In this document: piece by piece, positions 58,774-64,000 of the stretch
Layout: every line of letters starts with the position of its first letter
Numbering within the stretch: the first letter of the stretch is position 1
NCBI GenBank assembly: GCA_016188245.1
Contig: JACPIE010000038.1
Span: forward strand, 30,939 to 94,938
Source: Candidatus Woesearchaeota archaeon
Lineage (GTDB): Archaea > Nanobdellota > Nanobdellia > Woesearchaeales > GW2011-AR4
DNA length: 64,000 nt
Direction of reading: 5' to 3'
Translations under genes and position numbers: made by a program
Notes under the pieces: model-generated
Told to the model about the DNA's origin: nothing
Seen by the model: only the letters and a program-made list of their open reading frames with translations
The model's database searches: none

Positions 58774-58906
58774 AGCGAGGGATGGGATTTTCGTCATTCT
58801 TGAACTCGAACCCATGATAAAGCGGGCTTGGCGCGAGCATTTCATCACCTTTCAGTTCAAATTGCTGCTTTGCAGCCGCTCCCCTTAGCCGCTTGGGCAC
58901 CCTCGC
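58774..58906 (-). tRNA. tRNA-Cys (GCA) with two introns: 43 nt at the anticodon loop, 17 nt in the T-loop
   Basis: Manual minus-strand fold: acceptor GCGAGGG/CCCUCGC, U73 discriminator, anticodon stem AGCGG/CCGCU, anticodon loop CUGCAAA. T-arm AUGGG-UUCGA[GUUCAAGAAUGACGAAA]AU-CCCAU gives the consensus UUCGAAU loop after a 17-nt excision. Mature length is exactly 73 nt. Poly-U follows the 3' end. Adjacent to cysS. Confidence 0.7.
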
Positions 58907-59373
58907 TTGAAAACAACTGATAGAACTAGCAACAGCCGCATATATAATAATCTTGCTTAATCATATTATGAATGTTAATCCAATGATTATTCAGATGTGT
59001 ATGCTCCATTTTATGCCTAAATCGCTTTTCCCATTCTTTTACTTGTCCAAGCCGCGGCTGTTGAAGTCTACTGAAAGCAGGTTTTGAAGGAATTCTTCAA
59101 ATTCTTCCTTGCTTTCCGCGCCGAACTTCGTCCGCTGGTTAGAGTTTAGTTTTGTCTTTTGTACCAATTTTAACACCTCCGAATTTTTTAGAAAAAAAGT
59201 AAGGTTAAAATCGGCAACTAACACACCATCACAGCTGTATGGGCTGTGGTGTGGATAGGGCTGACTGTTGTATGCAGAATACTACTCCTATTCCACGTGT
59301 TACTTGCCATTCTTAATAGATTAATGACCATCTTATATTTAAATATTGCGTTTTTGTGCGAATATCGCACATA

Positions 59374-60591
59374 TTATTGCGGTTCCTGGCTTGCCCGGCT
59401 AAGCTCATTCAGCTGCTTCAAGGACTCGCATGACTGCCTTAAATGATTGTTGATTATGCTGCCGCATACAGAATAGTCTTTGTTGTCGAGCACAAATGTC
59501 ATGTAGCAGGAATCCTTTCTGCTGTCCGCCGATATATCCCGGCAGATTGAATTGTCATTGGAGGACTTGGCAATGCCTGAATAGCACAAGTCCTTTATCC
59601 TTGCATTTGATATTCTGGCGCAGTAGCTCTTGTCGCGCTGCACCCCACCAATACTGCTTATGCATTCGTCTTTCAGGTCAGGCACTTCAATTGCGCTGCA
59701 CTGCTGCAGCGCTTTTAGCGGATTTGCCCTTGCAGCTTCCTTGATTTCATCTAAATCCTCCGGCAATGCTGGAAAGGAAGGTTCTGCAGCCTTTGGGCAA
59801 TCAGCCAAGCAATCATCATTTTCCTGGGATTCGCATGCATTATTGCCGCAGCATGGTTCGATAGGCTTATTTGAGCAAATGCCGTTTTCAACCAGGTCAT
59901 CAGTGCATTGGTTGTTGTCATTGCATTCCTTGGCCTGCCCATTGCAGGGATTGCATGCCCCTCCGCAGTCAATATTTTCTTCATCCTGATTTTTTACTCC
60001 GTCAAAGCATGTCTCTTTTTTTGCAGCCCTCGCAATCTTGACAGGCAATGTTGCAACTGCTTTCTTGTTTTCATATTCAACAATGGCCCTCAATATGTAA
60101 TCTCCTGTTTTTGTGTCGTCTGGAATCAGCATTTTTGTCTGGGTTGAGCCGAAAGTTTCAATAGCCCTTGTTTCAATTTTTTGGGTTACAATCTCGTTAG
60201 TTAAAGGATCTATGATCTCCTGCTTTATCACCACATCATATCTTTTTGCAGACCCGAGGTTTGAAAGCTCTTTGATAAAGGCGATGCTTTGCCCTGGCGC
60301 TACATTCGTTGCTATTGGCTCAAGGTTAAGGTCAAGAAGATTAGATGGAGTTTGCACTGGCTTGTAGCGCAAGAATAGCACAATCCCAGTTAAAAAAACC
60401 AAAATCAAAACCACAACAAAAACCGATGTGCGCGACAGGTGTATCTCATGCCTTATTGTAGTTGAGCCTATGGCGTCGTCAATCTCGCTGCCCGAGTAGC
60501 CATACTTAAGCAAAACATTCCTTATTGAAGAAACATCATACCCTTTTTTAAGCTGCTTTTTAATATAGTCTATCAGGCTCTTTTTTGGCAT
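59374..60591 (-). CDS. membrane-anchored Cys-rich extracellular protein
   Basis: N-terminal cytoplasmic segment, one TM helix ('VFVVVLILVFLTGIVLFL'), then a Cys-rich ectodomain (more than 30 Cys, CxxC and CC motifs). Confidence 0.45.
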   Translation of the reverse strand: MPKKSLIDYIKKQLKKGYDVSSIRNVLLKYGYSGSEIDDAIGSTTIRHEIHLSRTSVFVVVLILVFLTGIVLFLRYKPVQTPSNLLDLNLEPIATNVAPGQSIAFIKELSNLGSAKRYDVVIKQEIIDPLTNEIVTQKIETRAIETFGSTQTKMLIPDDTKTGDYILRAIVEYENKKAVATLPVKIARAAKKETCFDGVKNQDEENIDCGGACNPCNGQAKECNDNNQCTDDLVENGICSNKPIEPCCGNNACESQENDDCLADCPKAAEPSFPALPEDLDEIKEAARANPLKALQQCSAIEVPDLKDECISSIGGVQRDKSYCARISNARIKDLCYSGIAKSSNDNSICRDISADSRKDSCYMTFVLDNKDYSVCGSIINNHLRQSCESLKQLNELSRASQEPQ

Positions 60592-60950
60592 TGAACAATT
60601 TTTATTTCTTATTGTATTTAAAGTTATTTGTCAAAATTCTTAAATAGGATTTGGGTGTCTTTTTATCACAATAACTTACAGAAGATTATTGTTAAATGCT
60701 TTTCCGGCTGCGAAGTGCCAATAAATTATGCATTTTAAACAGCGTTCCGAAAAGTAGTTTTTAATGGCCCGTGCTCAATCAGGCGAACAAAGGTGAGCAG
60801 TCAAGAACAAACATCAAGTTGGACATTTTGTTTCAGTAGTTTTGTTAGTTAGCCGTTAGGGTGGTCATCAATTCATCAGCCTAACTGATAGTTGCAGAAC
60901 AAATATAAATAGATAAAAATTTAAATCTCCTAAAAACACAAAAAAATAAG

Positions 60951-61427
60951 ATGGAAAAAATAATGCTCGACACTAATGTCTTTTCTAGACCTTTAGATGA
61001 TTTGTCAGACAAAAGTGTAAAACTGGAAGCTGAATCATCAAAGAGAATATTCAATTTTGCCCGCGATAAAACAGCATCAATAGTTACATCAGAAATCTTG
61101 TTTTATGAAATTGGCTTGATTAAAGAGAAAGACAAGCGCGAAGTGATTTTTCATCTTGCAAAAAATGTTGAAAGAAGCATGATTATGATTAATCCTGACA
61201 TTGAAAAACTTGCAGATGATCTTAAAGCCCACATTAAAGATTATGCTGATTGCCTGCATATCGCTTCAGCAGCTTTATCAGGCTGCAGCTATCTTGTCAC
61301 CTGCGACAAAGAATTATTAAGAAAGGCAGGAAAAATAGGAAGTTTTTTATTAAGCCTTAATATTAAGCTCCATATAATCAATCCTGTAAATCTTCCAAGC
61401 ATAATAGGCGAACAAAATGGAAACTGA
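60951..61427 (+). CDS. PIN-domain protein
   Basis: 'IMLDTNVF' N-terminus and a distal 'VTCD' acidic residue. Confidence 0.65.
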   Translation: MEKIMLDTNVFSRPLDDLSDKSVKLEAESSKRIFNFARDKTASIVTSEILFYEIGLIKEKDKREVIFHLAKNVERSMIMINPDIEKLADDLKAHIKDYADCLHIASAALSGCSYLVTCDKELLRKAGKIGSFLLSLNIKLHIINPVNLPSIIGEQNGN

Positions 61428-61626
61428 AATGCACCATCCACTGGTTGAGAAGGGAATAGCAGCTCTGTTCAAAGAGCTTGGACCAGTGGAAACCATAGAA
61501 TTCTTCCAGAGATTGGGCATCAATAGAGGAGACAGTGTAAAAGAAATTGAGAGTATCACAGAAAAGATGAGTAAAGAGGAGATTTTGCAAGGCATTAGGA
61601 AATCAAGGAAACAGATTCATTCTTAA
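61417..61626 (+). CDS. small hypothetical protein overlapping the PIN gene end (possible cognate partner)
   Basis: 69-aa ORF overlapping the PIN gene by 11 nt. No motif recognised. Confidence 0.3.
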   Translation: METEMHHPLVEKGIAALFKELGPVETIEFFQRLGINRGDSVKEIESITEKMSKEEILQGIRKSRKQIHS

Positions 61627-61880
61627 GTAGTAACAGAAAGCTTTATATACTAGCTCTTCTTTTCTTACAGCTATGAAAGGAGTTGGTTGTTTTCATTGTG
61701 GGCAAATTTTATTCTGATTTAAATAATTTATACTCCATTAATTTGATTGGTTTTAAGTTTCTAGATAATGTTATTTCTATTCATCATCATCGCTAAAATT
61801 CTTGCATTGTTTAATTTAAAATCTTTTTTTATTTCAATTATTAAAATTTTGAGCTAAAATGGAATAAGGCAAAACAATAT

Positions 61881-61988
61881 GGTGGCAGTAGTTCAGTGGT
61901 AGAATAAGCGGCTGTGGTGCAACAAGTGAGCACTCACTTACGTTCGTGCAGCTCCCGCTTGGCGCGAGTTCGATTCTCGCCTGCCGCC
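61881..61988 (+). tRNA. tRNA-His (GUG) with encoded G-1 and a 36-nt anticodon-loop intron
   Basis: G-1 plus acceptor GUGGCAG/CUGCCGC, C73 discriminator, D-arm GUUC-AGUGGUA-GAAU, anticodon stem AGCGG/CCGCU with loop CUGUGG, intron ~61918..61953, T-arm GCGAG-UUCGAUU-CUCGC. Confidence 0.8.
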
Positions 61989-62031
61989 CTTTAAAATATG
62001 GAGGCAAAAATGGAAAATATGGTATCAACCA

Positions 62032-62613
62032 GTGATTGTATTCATTGTCGTGCCAAACAATAAGAGCTTGGCAAATTATTTAGATATAACTCTGCGCTAT
62101 TTAGGAAACCCATCTAAAGATAAGGTAGTCGTTTCCAGAGGGGAAGATGTACCATTTATTATAGAGGAGTTATCTCAAAATGGTAAAAAGGCAATTGGCT
62201 TAACAGGCAGGGATTTGTTTAAAGAATACGAGCTATCCAAGTACAACACTAATCTTCTTGTGCTAAAAACTATTGACTGGAATGATAAAAACGCAATGTT
62301 TGGAAAGCCAGTTTTATGCCTGTTAGGCCCAAAAGGTAAAAAGCTGGAAGATTTTCCTAAAAATCTTAGAGTTTCCATTAATTCAAAATACAAAAACCTT
62401 GCTAAAAAATATCTTAATATTCTGGAAGACAAGGGCTATAGGTTTGCTAAAATCTATTTATCGGGTTCAACTGAATCCGCATACTGCAATGGCATTTCTG
62501 ACTTGGTTATTGATATTGTCTATACCGGCTCATCTATCAAAAATGCTAATCTTGAGGTTTATGACAAGATCTTTGAAAGCGATTTTGTAATTATAGGTGT
62601 GAAAAATGATTAA
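62032..62613 (+). CDS. hisG: ATP phosphoribosyltransferase (short form)
   Basis: 'AIGLTGRDL', 'KIYLSGSTESAYCNGISDLVIDIVYTGSSIKNANLEV'. The N-terminal PKGRL motif is degenerate. Confidence 0.65.
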   Translation: MIVFIVVPNNKSLANYLDITLRYLGNPSKDKVVVSRGEDVPFIIEELSQNGKKAIGLTGRDLFKEYELSKYNTNLLVLKTIDWNDKNAMFGKPVLCLLGPKGKKLEDFPKNLRVSINSKYKNLAKKYLNILEDKGYRFAKIYLSGSTESAYCNGISDLVIDIVYTGSSIKNANLEVYDKIFESDFVIIGVKND

Positions 62614-63343
62614 GCCAAGACAAGCTGTAATGGAAATGCAGGCATATAATCCGCCAACTTCAAATAGAGAAGGCTCTTTAAGATTGGATTTTAATGAAAA
62701 TACCAGTGGGTGTTCTAAAAATGTAATAAAGTCGCTTAGAAAAATAAAAAGAGGAACTCTATCAACATACCCAGAATATACGGCATTAAAAAAAGAAGTG
62801 GCGAAATATTGCAAAGTTAAATCAGACGAGATTATCGCAACTAATGGAACGGATGAGGCAATTAAAACAATCATTGAAGTATACATTGAAGTATACATTG
62901 AGAAAGGTAAGAACGAAATTATTATTCCTATGCCGACTTATGCCATGTTTAAATTTTATGCTCAATTGAATGAGGCAATAAATATAGCAAATGAAAAATC
63001 GCCAGAACACTTGGAATTACAAATAAAAAATCCAGAAAATACAATAAGGAAACTTAAAAATTACGGCTCATTGTTTATAGGAGAGAATACAGCAGAAGTT
63101 TTTGGAGATTATTGCAGCGGCACTAATCACGTACTTCCAACAAATGGTGCAGCCAGATTTACTGGAGGCCTATCAGTAAAGGAATTTGTAAAGATTGTAA
63201 CGTGTCAGAGATTTAGTAGAAAAATTCCAAAGAGTATGATTAAGACAGCTTCAAAACTTGCAGAGATAGAAGGACTTGATGCACACCGAAAAGCAGCTTT
63301 AATTAGGTCAAAGAGTAAAAGTGAAGAGAACTCCACCTCGTAG
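62606..63343 (+). pseudogene. chimeric his-operon remnant: hisC (histidinol-phosphate aminotransferase) N-terminal fragment fused in frame to a hisD (histidinol dehydrogenase) C-terminal fragment
   Basis: N-terminal 'LRLDFNENTSGCSKNV...IATNGTDEAI...IIIPMPTYAMFKFYAQL' is HisC-like. C-terminal 'GDYCSGTNHVLPTNGAARFTGGLSVKEFVKIVTCQRFS...AEIEGLDAHRKAALIR' is HisD-like. A 12-bp tandem duplication (gaagtatacatt x2, EVYIEVYIE) sits inside the HisC-like portion. Confidence 0.6.
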
Positions 63344-63617
63344 TTTAGTGTAGTTTCGTTAGTCTTCGAAATGTCCCCCAATTAACCATAAAGCCACTAA
63401 AAATTATTGAGATTAACAAGCTTTCGCAAAATTTATATCCCTCTTTTATACTTAAAATAGTCTATATTAACTACTTTTTTAGTATTAATTTTTAAATTTA
63501 ATACATTAAAAATACTTTATTTATGCTTAAAATCGTATAAATTTTATTTTTTTATAATCACAATCTTTAAATAGTTATACTTAAAATAGTATAAAAAAGG
63601 TATATTAATAGGTAAAA

Positions 63618-63791
63618 ATGAGTATTCAAATTAGAATTACTGTATCTAAAGAAATCAACGATTTACTAGAGAGAGTTTCTAAAAAGCTTGGCAAAAAGAA
63701 GTCAATGCTCGCCCGCGAGCTGATGGAGCAGAAAATGTACGATCTTGACCTTATACAGAAAGAGCTGCAGGAAATGGACAAAAAAGGCTGA
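63618..63791 (+). CDS. small ribbon-helix-helix (CopG/MetJ/Arc-like) protein, not in ORF track
   Basis: Manual translation gives MSIQIRITVSKEINDLLERVSKKLGKKKSMLARELMEQKMYDLDLIQKELQEMDKKG. Preceded by AT-rich promoter-like sequence. Confidence 0.45.
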   Translation: MSIQIRITVSKEINDLLERVSKKLGKKKSMLARELMEQKMYDLDLIQKELQEMDKKG

Positions 63792-63863
63792 CGATGAACT
63801 TGGCAAAATATCAAATTTCAAATTTTTTAAAAGCATAATCAAAATAAGCCATAAAAGCAAAAA

Positions 63864-64000
63864 ATGAAAATAAATTCAAACAAGAAATCCCAAACAACAA
63901 TATTCATGATAGTTGGCCTGATGATAATAATAGGCGGAGTAATCTTCTTTTACTCAACACAGAATCTTCCGGGGCAGCTTGAGCCTGAAATCAAAATCGT
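63864..64000 (+). CDS. partial CDS (5' end) of a secreted/membrane protein
   Basis: 'MKINSNKKSQTTIFMIVGLMIIIGGVIFFYST' is a signal/TM segment. The ORF runs off the window end. Confidence 0.3.
   Translation, partial: MKINSNKKSQTTIFMIVGLMIIIGGVIFFYSTQNLPGQLEPEIKI

Noticed and set aside
58775-58906. Plus-strand tRNA interpretation of the palindromic-ended locus
   Set aside because: The plus strand lacks any T-loop-like GTTCRA motif. The minus strand gives a consensus T-loop, the CUGCAAA anticodon loop and the U73 expected for tRNA-Cys.
60592-60950. RNase P RNA candidate (ACAGAAG...CCGGCU reminiscent of CR-IV)
   Set aside because: The other universally conserved regions (the P4 5' strand GGAAAGUCCGG, CR-II/III) were not found by eye, so the evidence is insufficient.
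63626-63814. Minus-strand ORF opposite the RHH gene
   Set aside because: The plus-strand frame encodes a clean RHH fold with a promoter-like upstream region. The minus frame is Ser/Cys-rich low complexity.
1-64000. CRISPR arrays and rRNA genes
   Set aside because: No regularly spaced direct repeats with unique spacers and no rRNA-like conserved stretches were seen anywhere in the window.

Overview
This 64 kb window looks like a low-GC archaeal chromosome, probably a DPANN-type lineage. Support: archaeal RFC large subunit, archaeal-type GlyRS, ValRS, CysRS, a class II RNR carrying inteins, and two intron-containing tRNAs, one with a non-canonical T-loop intron.

Ordinary content:
- Redox and proteolysis genes: trxB, a DJ-1/PfpI protein, pepA, a DUF255 thioredoxin-domain protein.
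- A metal-homeostasis locus: DtxR/MntR regulator, multicopper oxidase, ZIP transporter, NRAMP transporter.
- DNA repair: endonuclease III (Nth) and an Ogg2-type glycosylase.
- Two paralogous B12-dependent ribonucleotide reductases next to a corrinoid adenosyltransferase.
- tRNA-Cys beside cysS, and tRNA-His beside a decaying his operon (hisG plus a hisC/hisD chimera).

Accessory or unusual content, in window order:
1. A five-gene minus-strand operon (2243..9988): an archaeal-family ATPase, an ~11-TM membrane protein, and three large proteins (550, 573 and 645 aa) with no recognisable domains. This is my top candidate for an undescribed system.
2. Several toxin-antitoxin-like modules: VapBC, HicBA, a PIN-domain gene, an MNT-type nucleotidyltransferase, and two small RHH ORFs that the six-frame ORF track does not list (both under 60 aa).
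3. A 1.2 kb insertion carrying HicBA, flanked by a 36-bp direct repeat that duplicates the 3' end of the pterin-4a-carbinolamine dehydratase gene.
4. A markedly AT-richer island (39188..45960). It encodes a PRTase-domain protein and a DprA homologue (the ShosTA-like domain pair), a HAD phosphatase, a single polypeptide fusing an MrfA-like DEXH helicase/DUF1998 to an MrfB-like DEDD exonuclease, and a DUF3800 protein. The island follows a hairpin-rich intergenic region.
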